A stretch of 63,991 nucleotides of DNA, counting the filler, from Asterionella formosa (Eukaryota), in the NCBI GenBank assembly GCA_002256025.1. It is 8 parts of 8 records of this genome, joined end to end, with 100 filler letters (N's around TTAATTAATTAA, not from the genome) between each part and the next. Parts side by side here need not be neighbours in the genome. Positions count along the whole stretch, not along the records: positions 24,103 to 32,006 come from NKIB01012361.1; positions 32,107 to 40,030 come from NKIB01012362.1; 6 more parts are not named here. One strand, written 5' to 3'. Below are positions 24,954-37,400 of this stretch, one piece after another. A model generated the notes under the pieces. That model worked only from the letters and a program-made list of their open reading frames with translations. It was not told the origin of the DNA and did not search any database. How positions within the stretch are numbered: position 1 is the first letter of the stretch; each line of letters opens with the position of its first letter. Position numbers and translations under genes: made by a program.

Positions 24954-25460
24954 AGGCAAAGAATAACCCATTTTCCGACCATGTTAGCAAGCAAGTCTAC
25001 TTATTCAAGATAAATGGATCCAAACAACCCCCGCTGAAGACATGCGACAGTATATCAAGCTAGAAAACTGCAAAACATACTTCGTAAAGAAGAATGACCA
25101 GAACAGAGAAAAATTGGTGGACTGGGACAATATCATCAGCCTTCAAGAGCCAACAAAATCAAGCAAAGACAAGGATTACAAAATACATCCACTGGTGGCT
25201 CCCAACAGAAGAGAGAAGGAACCTAATGCACCAAGGGATCACGAAATGCCCTCAATGTGGAGAAGACGAATCAAACAAACACTTGATCCTGTGCAAACAT
25301 CCCCAAAGCGCCTACAATAAAAGACTTAGAATCTCAGCGATGGCATCTAAGATAAAGCAAATCAAAATTGGGACAAAAAGAACTATCACCGGTATGTTTG
25401 TAGTGCTTATAACACCTTTTATCGCTGCTAACAAAGAGCCTGGAGGAACTACTGCAAGCT
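24103..25460 (+). mobile_element. Non-LTR retrotransposon (LINE) 3' remnant with RNase H and CCHC finger
   Basis: IKAHQE...AEMNITADA (RNase H C-terminal motif) and KYIHWWLP...CPQCGEDESNKHLILC (zf-RVT-like); frameshifted. Confidence 0.75.
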
Positions 25461-25804
25461 AGTAGACAGAGTCATAAAATACAAATTCTAGAAAGGGCCA
25501 AATATCTGTTCAAAGAAACACAGAAATTTGCGGCATCCGCACTGATAGAAGAGATATTTATATCATTTATCTGATTTTAAGAACAATTTTACTTTAATTT
25601 GGAACTGTCAAATTTTCATGGCATTACATCTTCTGGAGCGATATGCCTCCCCTTGTTCATAATTTATGTAAATTTTTATCATTGATGTGACACTCGAACT
25701 GAAAAGGGCTAGTTAACTCTTGGATTATTGGCGAGAAATTCTGGAGAAGTGCTTTCTATTGAGCCCATTTGAACTCCCGTTTTTCGAGGTAAATATTCAT
25801 TGTG

Positions 25805-26130
25805 CTTCCTGCCGACAAGCAAGACCTGGTGTGCTTCCCTAGCTAGTTTTGTTAGCATAGTAGGTGAGTCCCCAAAGAAATTTCGCGAAAGGTGATTATC
25901 TGAGCTAGCCGAAGCATTAGGGGAAACTCGTCCAACTGCCTAGGAAGGCAGTACAAGCTGCTTGTAGTAGGTGGGCACCCCCACTTTTTCTCGTACACCA
26001 GGCCAGACCGTTCGGGACTTTAAGGAGTGTGGGAGTCGAAAACCTCAGCAATTGCTTCTAGAAATTGCGGGGAAAAAATTGCGGGAATCGAAGGTAACGT
26101 GCTCAACAAACTACCATAAGCCTTTCCCTT
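25805..26130 (-). mobile_element. tRNA-derived SINE-like element, partial copy 1
   Basis: The reverse complement aligns in blocks with 27328-27606 (CTTCCCTAGC.AGTTTTGTT, GGTGAGTCCCC, TTTCGCGAAAGGTGATT, GCATTAGGGGAAACTC, AGGAGTGTGGGAGTCGAA, AAAAAATTGCGGGAAT). Confidence 0.65.
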
Positions 26131-26584
26131 AATTTATGTTATAGTATTAATGCTGATACAAAGAAATAATTATCAGAGCGTGCTCACTATCATTTATATA
26201 AGTATACAATAATAGTAATACATAGTATATGGTGCACAACTGACTGCGGCGCCTTCTTCTTTGAGTGAAGTTACAAATTGGAGGAGTGTTTAAATAGATG
26301 GCGCTTCTTCTCCAGTAGCTACTAGTGCCAAGGAATGACCTGTCAAATCTTTCTTGTGCCGCTCATTTGCATGTAACGGTATTTTATTTTCTGCTTCTTT
26401 GCTTTTAAATAAAGACCGGAAATCCCGTGTTCCTGTATTCCACCATGCTTCTGTCTCCTCCTTGTACATCTGGTACTATGCACCCAAATATTTACATGCG
26501 CAGAAAAGAAAACATTTTATTTTTATATTGTTAGAAGCAACCATTGTGCATTAAATGTTATTATTATTTGGAACTGTTAAAAAA

Positions 26585-26990
26585 ATGACATCCTTCATCC
26601 GAGACAGAGAAATACTTGGCCTACATGGTGATTTCACAAATGGGAGAAGCGGTGGTGTGCAATATAAATTCTGTGGAGCTCATGTTCGCATCGATGATAC
26701 AGTGCGTTTTAAGCTGACAATGGTGGAGATTAGAGAAGGAAAGAACGAGCTGCAGGTGACGATGAAGTCTGGTGTGGTTGTCCAAGATGGAACAGAGCTG
26801 TGTACAGTTGCGTTTTGGGCAAGAACATTGCTGGTGCTTTGGAGAAAACAAGATGTTGATATCAAGACAAGTTTTCTCAAATCATTGAGCTGTATGATGA
26901 AAATGACAATCGAACAAAGAGGGCTATGAGCAACCGCAACCTTGGAGTAGCTTCATTCGACTTTTTGATGACATCCAAATTTAAGAGTAA
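26585..26990 (+). pseudogene. Decayed small ORF, probably transposon-associated
   Basis: EILGLHG..NGRS....CG.HV...D.VRFK...VVQDGTELCTVAF, frameshifted and embedded among TE remnants; family assignment is from recollection only. Confidence 0.4.
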
Positions 26991-27325
26991 TTGGATTCTA
27001 AAGGGTTGTTTCTTTGAATAAGGTTCAACAATCTTGATAGAACAAGGATAGAGATTTAAAACATACTCAAACCATCAAACGTAGACCACAACCAATCATG
27101 GTCCTCATTTTGCTTCGAAAATGCTCCTGCCAAAATCCTTTTATTTAGCCTGATGAGGCTGATGAATTTTTCGTCATGATGCACAAATATATTACATGAG
27201 GTGGTTGGCTTGCGGAAATTTTACCAAGACAAAACTTGCTTTGCTGTAGAACCTACACAAGATAACAATATAAGTGTAGCAAAAAAAATTAATATGTAAC
27301 TTGTGCTAATTTTCTGGTGCACAAG

Positions 27326-27790
27326 CAGGGGGAATGGCTCACTTCTTGGTTGGGCACGTTGCCTTTGATTTTATGTTGTCTGGTTCAATTCCCGCAATTT
27401 TTTTTGAGAAGCAATTGTTGGGTTCGACTCCCACACTCCTCACCATCCTGTGCGGTCTTGCCTGGTGCGCAGTGTGCCGCCGTCCTAGATGGTCGGAGTT
27501 TCCCCTAATGCTGCGGTTAAGTCAATCACCTTTCGCGAAAGATGGTTGGGGACTCACCAACAATAACAAAACTGGCTAGGGAAGCGCACAGACTAGTTGG
27601 CAGGACGTGCTATAAAATTCCATGTGTAGTAGTAAGTTACCATGTTTGTTGGGTTGATACTGGGTTGGTTAAGATGTTTATATAACCTAGGCTGTCAATG
27701 CCAGCCAGGAAGCGCCACGCGGGCTACCCTAGCTACTAACACATGAGTAGTCTTAAGGCGCTTTATAAATGAGGTTAATAATAATAATAT
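27326..27790 (+). mobile_element. tRNA-derived SINE-like element, copy 2, with (TAA)n tail and flanking direct repeat
   Basis: Head GGGGGAATGGCTCA (A-box-like), GGTTCAATTCC (B-box), then a second tRNA-like 3' end GGGTTCGACTCCCACACTCCTCACCA. A TAATAATAATAAT tail lies at about 27776-27788. An exact 16-bp repeat TTTTCTGGTGCACAAG occurs at 27310-27325 and 27834-27849. Confidence 0.7.
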
Positions 27791-28288
27791 GAACTCCCTT
27801 GTCTTAGAAAGCACGTTACAAGTGAGTTTCAATTTTTCTGGTGCACAAGTGTTGGCCTTGGTGGCTACTAGTAGGGGGCCTTCCCATGGTCCAATTCTAT
27901 GCATGAATCCGCAAAACAATGAGATAACTATATTCAAACCTTGTCCACATATGTACACCCATTCCTGCCTCTTGGTGAATCCTTCACTCATCGCAACCAC
28001 TTCCTTGCAGGTTTTAGATGTGATACACGGCTTATTGTTAGCGTTTACTTCGGAGCAAGGTGCTCGTCTGCACTTATGTCCTCGTTTGCTTTAGCCTGAC
28101 CTCTCACCAACAAAGACTTCTTACCTTGTGTGTCAGCATGATCAAAGGAAGTAAATTTTTGACAGAATGGAGGAAAAGAAGACAAAAAGAACAGTGAACT
28201 ATTATTTAAACTTCCTAGCTATTAATAGAAAATAAATTATCATCCTACCAAACTATATTTAGTATAGCTAATATAAACTGTTTCTTAC

Positions 28289-30523
28289 TCACTCACCTGT
28301 GGGAAAGTATACTTCGGCACCATGGGATCGTAGGAGTGTTGACATTTCACTATCTTCTCCTAGTCTACTATTGGCAAGTGCCAGTGGGGACCATCCGTCG
28401 GATGTGCGAGCATTCACGTTGGCACCTTTACTGATCAAGAAAATTGTCGCTGCCATTTTATCCCATCTAGCAGCTTCGTGAATAGCGACCCAGCCATTTT
28501 CATCACCCATTTCTATCATATGAGGTGCCTTGTCTAAAAAATTTGAAAGGGCTTCCACATTGTTAAGATAGGCGGCCTTACGGACATCGAGATCTGTAAA
28601 ATCAAGAGTAATGGTATCATGAGGAGTAATAGTTTTGTCGTCTGGTGTCTCCTCAGGAGGACCCATTTCAGGATTGGTGCTGTCAACATCTGTAAGAGAA
28701 AGAGGAGTCTGAATAGTAATGGCTTCATCCTCTAGTGTTTCCTCTGTAACCAGAGGACGGTCCGGAACTTCAGGACCGGTGTTGTCAGCATCAGCATGAT
28801 CAAAAGCTGTCTCAGTAGTACTGACTTTCTCATCTGGTGTCTCTTCAATCACCTCCACAACGTCAGGACCAGCGACTTTTCCCCCGCGGGCTTGTAATAG
28901 CTTAAAAACGGGGTGATCCTGACTCATGCCTCTCTGGACTGCCCACCAAAGGGGTGTGGCTCCATTGTACGTGACTTGATTAACGTCAAGGGCTGGAACA
29001 TTGTCGAGAAGAAACATTGTCACCTCCATGCATCCATTCGACACGCATTCGTTAAACGAGGTCCAACCATTTTCATCCCTCTGTTCTGCCAACTCTGGTG
29101 CAATTTGAAAGAAATACCGAAACTGACCCAAGTTGCAGATTGCACTAGCAAAGGAAACCTCTATACGGGTAAATTTCAACTCCGGTTGTGTCATGGAGAC
29201 ACTGCCGTTCATATGGATAGCTGTTTCTGTTACGTGCTCATCCTGAGCACCATCTGTCTCTTTCACTGTTTCGCCAGTTCCATTTGGAGCGGTACTAGGA
29301 TCATTACCCACAAATTCACCTAGTGTGCCATCATATAAACTAGTTGCCTCACACTCCTCGTCCCTACAAACGTTCTCATCGTTAGACGGAGAATAAACAC
29401 GATATTGATCCGTTGTACTTTCCCTTTCAATGGCAACTTTTTCCAAATGATGACAATTGAATGCTTGTCCCATCATGGAGGAAAGTGTATGACAAGCGTG
29501 CTGCAAATTTATTCCAAAAGACTTTGGAATCATGGAACAGTCCAAAATACATGGAATTTCCCATGACGACTGCGGTTCCTCTAGGGGGAGGGTTAATGGC
29601 GGATGACTCTTGTGACTGTTATTATTGCAAAACCCAAAACAAGGAATACTAGTATTGCTTCGTTTGGGAATCCACCTCATGACGAACATGACAGTAAAAA
29701 ATGTCCCTAACACAAGTACCATCATGGTCCAAGTGGCAATGGTGGTACTCCATCGTTGTTTCAAATGTGTGTTGACATTATTGGCTGCTTGTCCTACTTG
29801 ATGAACATTCTGTTCTGCCAATGCTCCCATTTCGTCCAATTGTTGGGTTTGTGACTTCAAGGATTGATTCATTCGTGTTGTGGATGCTTTCAATTGAGAC
29901 GCCATGTGTGAAATTTCTTCTTCTAGTTGTGCTCGTTGAGCCGCTTGAATTTCTTGAATGGACGAGGATGGTTGGTGCTGTGGTTGTAGTTCCGTGGTAG
30001 TTGAATTCGCTGTAGTGGTAGCTGTTGTCACTTGACCAGTGATGGTGGGATTCGAGGATGTGACACCTGTTACTGATCCTTGCTTGCCTTGGTAGTCTTC
30101 CTGCTGTTGTTCCTCGTGCTGCTGCTGCTGCTGTTGTTGTTGTTGCAATGATGCTTCATCCGGCAAAGTCACAAAAATGCGTTCCACCCAATCAATTTCT
30201 AGTTCCTTTTTCTTTTTCGCGATTTCGGTAGCAATCCGATATGCCTGTTCTACTCTTTGAGACAGCTCAACCTGTTGTTTTTGTTGTTGCTGTTGTTGAT
30301 CTAATGACAATGACAAATACAGCTTTTGTGCCAATTCCGCTCTCATCAGAATGGAATGCGAAGGAAAGCCACCACAATCAGGATCACGTTCCATGCAGTT
30401 TAATAATCGATACAGATCATTTAGTATGGAGCATGATGATGATGATAGCTGCTGCGGATGCTGCTGCTCCTTGGATGAGTTGTTGTTGGTGGTGGTGGAG
30501 GTGATTTCATCCATGATGGTCAT
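28289..30523 (-). CDS. USE1: USE1-like ER SNARE with TM helix, followed by a long C-terminal ankyrin-repeat extension
   Basis: N-terminal NDLYRLLNCME; SNARE coil QRAQLEEEISHMASQLKASTTRMNQSLKSQTQQLDEM; TM TWTMMVLVLGTFFTVMFVMRWIPK; ankyrin blocks DENGWTSF.../DENGWVAIHEAAR...GANVNART.DGWSPL. Single 744-aa ORF. Confidence 0.75.
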   Translation of the reverse strand: MTIMDEITSTTTNNNSSKEQQHPQQLSSSSCSILNDLYRLLNCMERDPDCGGFPSHSILMRAELAQKLYLSLSLDQQQQQQKQQVELSQRVEQAYRIATEIAKKKKELEIDWVERIFVTLPDEASLQQQQQQQQQHEEQQQEDYQGKQGSVTGVTSSNPTITGQVTTATTTANSTTTELQPQHQPSSSIQEIQAAQRAQLEEEISHMASQLKASTTRMNQSLKSQTQQLDEMGALAEQNVHQVGQAANNVNTHLKQRWSTTIATWTMMVLVLGTFFTVMFVMRWIPKRSNTSIPCFGFCNNNSHKSHPPLTLPLEEPQSSWEIPCILDCSMIPKSFGINLQHACHTLSSMMGQAFNCHHLEKVAIERESTTDQYRVYSPSNDENVCRDEECEATSLYDGTLGEFVGNDPSTAPNGTGETVKETDGAQDEHVTETAIHMNGSVSMTQPELKFTRIEVSFASAICNLGQFRYFFQIAPELAEQRDENGWTSFNECVSNGCMEVTMFLLDNVPALDVNQVTYNGATPLWWAVQRGMSQDHPVFKLLQARGGKVAGPDVVEVIEETPDEKVSTTETAFDHADADNTGPEVPDRPLVTEETLEDEAITIQTPLSLTDVDSTNPEMGPPEETPDDKTITPHDTITLDFTDLDVRKAAYLNNVEALSNFLDKAPHMIEMGDENGWVAIHEAARWDKMAATIFLISKGANVNARTSDGWSPLALANSRLGEDSEMSTLLRSHGAEVYFPTGE

Positions 30524-31228
30524 GGCTGCTGGTTATGATTGTTGTGGTGACGAGGGGACGATGCGATCTTCTCGGATCATAGGAGGATCGTTTTCTATAC
30601 CTACCGGTGTATAGAGAGTATACATATGAACTACCGGTATTGCTACCGGTAGCAACAAATGACGATTCTGGCTGGTGGTAGATTCCTATTAATTTTAGTA
30701 CCTGGTGTGGTACCATCCGTTCTGTCAGTACCTGGTACAAGGTACCTGCTACTAGTATCAGTTTGTACAGTTAGTACAGGGATTACTTACTCTGAGGACA
30801 AATCAATGTCGTCCGCCTACATACGGTAGATACTGCTACATGCTATAGTATTTGTACCTGCGATATGAAATCTGCCTACCGGTACATAGTGAATTTTTTA
30901 GTATAAATAATCAAGGACCGATTATTGTGGAATTCCCATGATGGCTGAGATGGAATCAATTTTGGCTCGTGTGACACATGTAGATTCCATATTCCATCGT
31001 CATCATGCTACCAGAAGCTATCTTACAGCACCGGTAGACTACCGGTAATCTAGCTACAAGATCATACCTGATGCGTGGATAGCGCCCTTCTTGCTTTGCT
31101 TGCAACAAGAAAATCTTATTACTCTACCTTTTGCATGTCATTCTCTACGTTTATGCGGAAGTCCTCCTCCTCCTCCTCTACTATAACTACTACAACAACT
31201 TATAGAACTTACCGATCATAGCTGTACA

Positions 31229-32006
31229 ATGAAAGGGTCAACGTTGAAATCTCCGATAACAGCTGATACGGTTGCTCTAGCTGGAGTTTCCTTTTCGGAA
31301 TTACGATCATCATGCACAAAGGCGAGGAATGAAGAAGGGGCTGTGTTGTATTACTGTGAACGAGATCCTGCCAATGCTGGAAAGACGAATATGCAGGCCC
31401 TAATCATGAAGGAGAACAATCAGAACAAAACGACAGTATCATTGTCTTCTTCATCAGATTCAAATGTACGATCTGCAGTTCATGAATATGGAGGCGGAGC
31501 ATATTGCTGTCTAGCCGATGGGAGTGTTTTATACACTGACTTTCCAAGTCATGACCTATATCAAACTGATGTGACGACGAAACATTTCAAAAAGATTCAT
31601 GTCCAACGAACAAATTGCCGATTTGCGGACTTTGTTCCCATGACGAATACCAGTAACAATCCTACCATTGTCATTTGTATTATGGAAGATCATACCGATC
31701 CAGCTCCTGCGAATGTGCAGAATTCGATTGTTGCTTTGAATTTAGAAACTGGTACTGTCACAACAGTAGCAAGTGGACATGATTTTTACGCTTGTCCCGA
31801 ACTCACTACTACTACTAGGAGTACTACTTCCATTACGAAACTTGCGTATATTGCATGGGATCATCCAAATATGCCATGGGATACAACCTTTTTGTATATT
31901 CAATCCTTGGATATGGATGGACTCCCACAAGGTGCTCCAATGAAGGTTGATCAAGACTCTCCTTGTAGCAAGTGTGAACCACGATGGTGTCCATCGTCCT
32001 TCTCCA
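31229..32006 (+). CDS. S9-family (dipeptidyl/acylaminoacyl) peptidase, N-terminal propeller part, truncated by the contig end
   Basis: VRSAVHEYGGGAY, RFADF, GHDFYACP and LAYIAWDHPNMPWD. Confidence 0.8.
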
Positions 32007-32599
32007 NNNNNNNNNNNNNNNNNNNNNNNNNNNNNNNNNNNNNNNNNNNNTTAATTAATTAANNNNNNNNNNNNNNNNNNNNNNNNNNNNNNNNNNNNNN
32101 NNNNNNACATACGACTCTACAATCAACCGGTCTTGGCAGGTAGGACAACTATCATGACTGTAGTTGAATTCGTCATTACCATTGTCATCATTTTGATGTG
32201 TAATTTCGCTCATGGTTGATTGTTGCTTTTTTTTGTTTCTTACCAGTAGTCATCAACAATATTTGCCATTCTGCCAGCTCGTCTGACACATATATGTTGA
32301 TTGTATGATAGGGTATATAAACATTGAGCGATGGAGAACGTTTATGTATATATTTATTGAATTCGAAAAGGAATCTATGTATGTACGCGCAAATTTCCAG
32401 TGATTCAAATATTTCAATTGGAATCACGTCATTCAAAATTAACTCATAAAAATTCTTAGTTCCAGGGAATTTCGGCAACCCTAAGCAATATTTTATTTTT
32501 TGCCCAGGGGTTCAAATGCAGGAACCTTAATAGGTATCACGCTGTACTGGTAGACAACCAGGTACCAGGGTACCACATTCATGTACCATTGGAACCAGG

Positions 32600-32796
32600 T
32601 GAAGTATCTAACTAGAAGTAGCAGTATTTGTTGAATATATGAGCTTATTTGTTAAATTCTTGTGTGCAACTAGATCTCCTAGGTTGACACTAAAGTATTC
32701 AAGAAGGTGTTAGTCGAGTTCTCTCCTGATAGAGCTCTAGTATATCTATGTAAACCTAACCTTATAGGTATATCTGTAGTTGAGCAAGATTGCTCA
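32600..32796 (-). mobile_element. Solo LTR of the same Gypsy family, with CCAGG target-site duplication
   Basis: TGAAGTATCTAACTAG...GATTGCTCA is colinear with 4868-5062; CCAGG lies at 32595-32599 and 32797-32801. Confidence 0.9.
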
Positions 32797-33989
32797 CCAG
32801 GTACTCGGTCTGCAGCAGTGGTAGACTACTTCATACCTGCAGGTAAGGAGAGGAAGGTGCGAGTGATGGGACAACAACAGCAGGTGAAGGATGGAAGTCT
32901 GAGCTGCTCGTTTGTTTTGTTTTTGGAACTACATACTTGGGTTGTACTCACAGAAGATTGAGATGCAATGTCTCCTAGTTTTGAAAGTAAGGTGCATGAC
33001 ATCAGCAAGTCGATTCTCATCTTGGAAGAGTTTTGACTTCTGACTCCCTAGAATTATTGGTGGTAGCAGGAGTGACAAGTATGCAGAATGATGATTGAGA
33101 GTCCAGAAATTCCTCAAATGTGTTGTTTGAAGAAGTTTTCAACAATTAACAAGTTGATGAACCAACAGAAATGATGCAGGATGTGCATCGAAGACGTAGG
33201 AGGGAGAAAGCAATTCTGTCAGTATTGTCAGTATTGTAGTCTATCTGTTGCACCAAAAACTGTTTGTTGTTTGTAAGGTGGCTAAAAGTGTTACAAGTGT
33301 TGTGCAAGATAGATTAAGAAAGGTGGTGTATTGTTGCTTGGCATCTGATCAAAAAAATTCGTTATATCATCTAACAATTTTGATAAATGCCCTTGTAATT
33401 TAAATAGTAACCCTTTTGACTATGTATATTTAATTATTAGATGTATTGTTTCTATTAGATTCCTGTATTCGAATTTCTTGGTAGGATAATGTACCAGCTA
33501 AAATAATGTAATTTGGCTCATCATCTCCATCTGTCATCACTCCGATTTTGCAACAACAACGAAATACTACCGGTACTTCGTGATGACAAGTGGAATGAAT
33601 GTTTGCGATAGCGTCTTCAATTGTTGGTCAAGTGATCATTACATCTTTGAGTAATCATCATGTGCAGTGAACCTATGTTCATAATCATTCAATTAAGAGT
33701 TTACAGAGAAGAAATCATTCGAACTCAGAATGGTTCCACACACAGCGAAAATACTAAATCCGTTTCATCGACCATCAGCGTGACAATCTCGCAAATCAAC
33801 CCGTAAACAAACACATTCAACTTGTTTTTCTTGAAATTTTCAATTCTCACCCTATACTACATCTACTATTGAGATTCAGCACAGAAGGTGATACGAAAAT
33901 GTAACAGACTACTGTCCACATAGCTATAGTTATAGAATGATTCAGATTACAATTTCTTTTTCATATAGCTCGTTTCCGCATTTGGGATG

Positions 33990-34520
33990 CTGTACTTGTA
34001 TTCACTGTTGAAATTGTCTGCGTCTTTGTTAACATAAATAGAGCGATAGCAAGTGGATCTCTTCATTGTTGTCTGCTCATGGAAAACCCACACAGTATCT
34101 GTATCATCAACAATAGAGGGACAAATGTCCTTCATCATTATCATTGTGGTTTGCTGTATGAAAAACTTGATATCCATGTAGTCATTTGCTTGTTGGAACT
34201 GTCCATGGACTCAAACCTTCTAAATGTGCGCGTACACACACTGTCGACTTGTTTTCATTGGTATGTTGTTCTTGTATTCACTGTTGCACTTGTCCACATC
34301 TTTGTTACCATCAATAGAGCGACAAGTGGCTCTCTTTATTGTCGTTTGCTTCTGAAAAAGTCGGTGTCCGTGTCATCATCAATAGAGGGACAAGTGTCCT
34401 TCATCATTGTGGTTTGCCACTGGAAAAATTGGTACCCATATCGTCATTTGCTGGTTGGAACCACTGTCCATTGCCTCAAACCTGCTTAGCGTGTGTGTAC
34501 ATACACTGTCGAGTTGTACA
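33990..34520 (-). pseudogene. Two diverged tandem units of about 270 bp, probably a decayed ankyrin-repeat gene
   Basis: CTTGTATTCACTGTTG...AATAGAGGGACAA.TGTCCTTCATCATT occurs twice; the minus frame reads ANHNDEGHLSLY...HGH with stops. Confidence 0.45.
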
Positions 34521-35319
34521 TTACAGCAGTGACTTAGCTAAAGTGCGTGTTATAATATCATACTCCATAGTAAGATGCAGAATACAGTTCCCAATCAATA
34601 TTGAATGATTGATAAGATGATAATGTGATATTACAACAGAGTTACTTTGGTACCTAGCTACATCACCAAAGTATGATACGTACTATTGAATAAAGTATAT
34701 CACATAGCTATGATACATTGATCATAGAACCATGATGATTTAATAAAATGTTTATGATATATTTTAAATCAAAATATGATCATGGTAAAGAAATACAACG
34801 ATAATAAAATACGATAAAATATGTATGCAAGTGTTATCAATAAACCATCATAGAAAATAAATAAATAAATAAATAAATCATAAAGTATATTAGTTGATAT
34901 ATATGTATTCGACTTTAAATATATACAGTAAAAGCAAATAGTTAATATGATAGTATTATATTGTGAATAGGATCCAAGTATATGGATGCGTTGATATGTA
35001 CATCACTATAATATGATTTGTGATATGGATTGATGCATATCACATACCGGTATCCTCTACAACCATGTCGTTTTTCCTTGTTAGAAACATGTACACCAGA
35101 AATGCATTGTGTTGTTTTAGCTATATATATGCCGGCATATGTATTGTGTAAACACTACGCTGGCGGAACATGCATATTACACTGCTGTGCTCTCTTCAAC
35201 AATTACTACACTCGGTTACCATCACACCAGCTGCACCTCCACAAGCGCCGCAAAAAGCTTGCTCTGCATTTCCGTTCCACTGTTTTACATCATAGTCTTC
35301 TGGCCCTTTGACAACTTTC

Positions 35320-37400
35320 CAAATGGCATTTCATGTATTTCATGGAAAGGATCAGTCAAACAAGAAACGTGACTTACTTCCGTTGTTTACACTACACGAC
35401 TTTATGTTTTTGGAAAAGAAGATGAAGAAACTTGTGAAATCAATAGAAGATTCCTATGAATACACTCATAGATCAGATGAATTTAAACAGATTCATAATA
35501 CTCCAGAAAAAATAATGGAGCAAGTATGCCAATTCAATAGTGGCAGAGATTGAAAAGAAGGAAATATTGCTTTCGAAGAGTTTGAAGAGGAAACCCAAAC
35601 AGTTGTTCTTTGCGGATGAAGACTCTATTCCTACAGAGTCACAGTTCCATCCACCAGTGTCGTATTTTGCTCCTCATTCTCCTGACATCGCTGATAATGA
35701 AGAAGAACTCAGTGAATCTCATTTATTTCATGAACAAATTCATGCGATGAATGAAAATATCGGCGGAAATGTGGGAGCCATCACTTCTGAAGTAGAAATG
35801 GTTGAAAAGTTGCAAAACCAAGAAATAGGTCTCACTATTCGTCCAGAACATCAAGATGAACATCATGAAAGCAGAAACTATTGCATTTCTAAAAGAAAAG
35901 CAAGATATTCAAGAAAATGTCGGCGCTAGATAAAGACCTCGAATTTAAGAACATCAATGCAGACAGAGATGTGATGCTGGCTAAGGCAGTTGATGCACTG
36001 AGTCGGGAACGAAGTTTGAAAATATTGAATCTTTTTCCAAATCATACATGGAAGAAAAAGATTAGAATTTCTTTGTAAAATCATCGAGAACAATCCCGAA
36101 GGCAGCTAGCTCTACACAAGAAATATGCAATCACGCCTCTGTATTTTATGAAGTCAAAGGTATCAAAAAATCATCTTCAGATTTTAAAGATCTTGCATGT
36201 TGGGACCTTGCTTGAAAAAATTACATCTCCATGATCCATTATATAATTCATGAACTTCATCCAACTAATGTAAAAGTTATATTTGATCTGGATGAGAACC
36301 CAGAAAAGGGTAATGACTAACCGTATATATACCAAGGTGATTGTCATCCACTTCATCATGACAGTAACTGCTGTATGTGCTAATTGTTTATTGCAAAAGA
36401 TCAGATGAGGAGGATAACAACCATTTTGTGCATTATCTTTTTGCTATAAATGATGGATTATGTCAAGTCTGTGACCCAGGAAAAGATGCAAGCTTGGATG
36501 AACATTATGATCAAGTATTTCACTTTGCTTGTAAGTGCTGCATCATACCTGGATGCACGAAACAATTGGAATTGTTTCGCACCAATACAGGATATCTTCA
36601 ACAAGAATCCCATACACCTAAAGAAATTGGTTTTTGGAATCTTTCCATACTTTCACCAAAGCACCATTGCAGTTCATTGTGGCCACTGAACATGACTTGC
36701 TCCATGATATTTCAACCAGAAGATGATAGTGGATGGTCATGTTGACCATTTACAATTGTGAAAGTGTTGGAAACTCTATTGCAACTAGAAAGGAATGGCA
36801 AAACCAAATTTCTTGGCAACCGGGCACAATTCTGTTTGGAGACAGATTCCTGGAAAGTTTTAAAACGTCAGGTGGTAGCAACTGATCGAAAAGATGAGTT
36901 GTTATTTGTTACATCTGCCCCACCAACCAAGAAGTCAACATACTTTCATCTTTGAACAGTTTGGCCTCAAGTGACAGCGACAAACATTCATGAGGATATG
37001 TTTCAGTTGGAAATAACTGTTCTTCGATTTTATATCGACAAAAGTTTGAGCTCCTCTTTAGATTTAAAAATGTTGAACGAAGTATTTGGACGACTTCCTT
37101 GCAATTCATCTTTCAAGAGGGATAATGTTGTCAACGTGAAATCCATGATCCAACAAATGAATGAAAAACTTGCTCCCTTCAAATGGTATAATCGTGCACC
37201 TCTTGGCCACATTTCTGGATGCATAAAAGTGGACAATAAGTTGAAAAAAATATTTTGTAAGTGATTATAGCCCTTCTGGAATCAAATTGAAACAGTTTAC
37301 AGACTCATTTTGAAATGCAGTTGAAAAGCGGAGAAGAATATTTCCAGACAAAACAAGGTGGACCATCTTTGGTTCTTTGGGAGTGAAATAAATATTTGAC
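35320..37400 (+). pseudogene. Second decayed copy of the unknown gene at 21828-24002
   Basis: Colinear, highly similar nucleotide and peptide blocks with different frameshifts and stops. Confidence 0.75.

Noticed and set aside
27328..27445. Functional tRNA gene
   Set aside because: No complete cloverleaf can be formed; only box-like fragments within a repeat.
27500..27560. Hammerhead or twister ribozyme
   Set aside because: It lacks the CUGAUGA core and the twister 3' GCAGAG/pseudoknot partners, so it is kept only as an unassigned structure.
25805..27606. 1.8-kb element with long TIRs
   Set aside because: The arms are too diverged and indel-rich. One arm has tRNA boxes, its own tail and a flanking direct repeat, so two SINE copies fit better (not fully excluded).
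21828..37400. Large inverted repeat forming one giant element
   Set aside because: The two copies lie on different contigs joined by artificial linkers.
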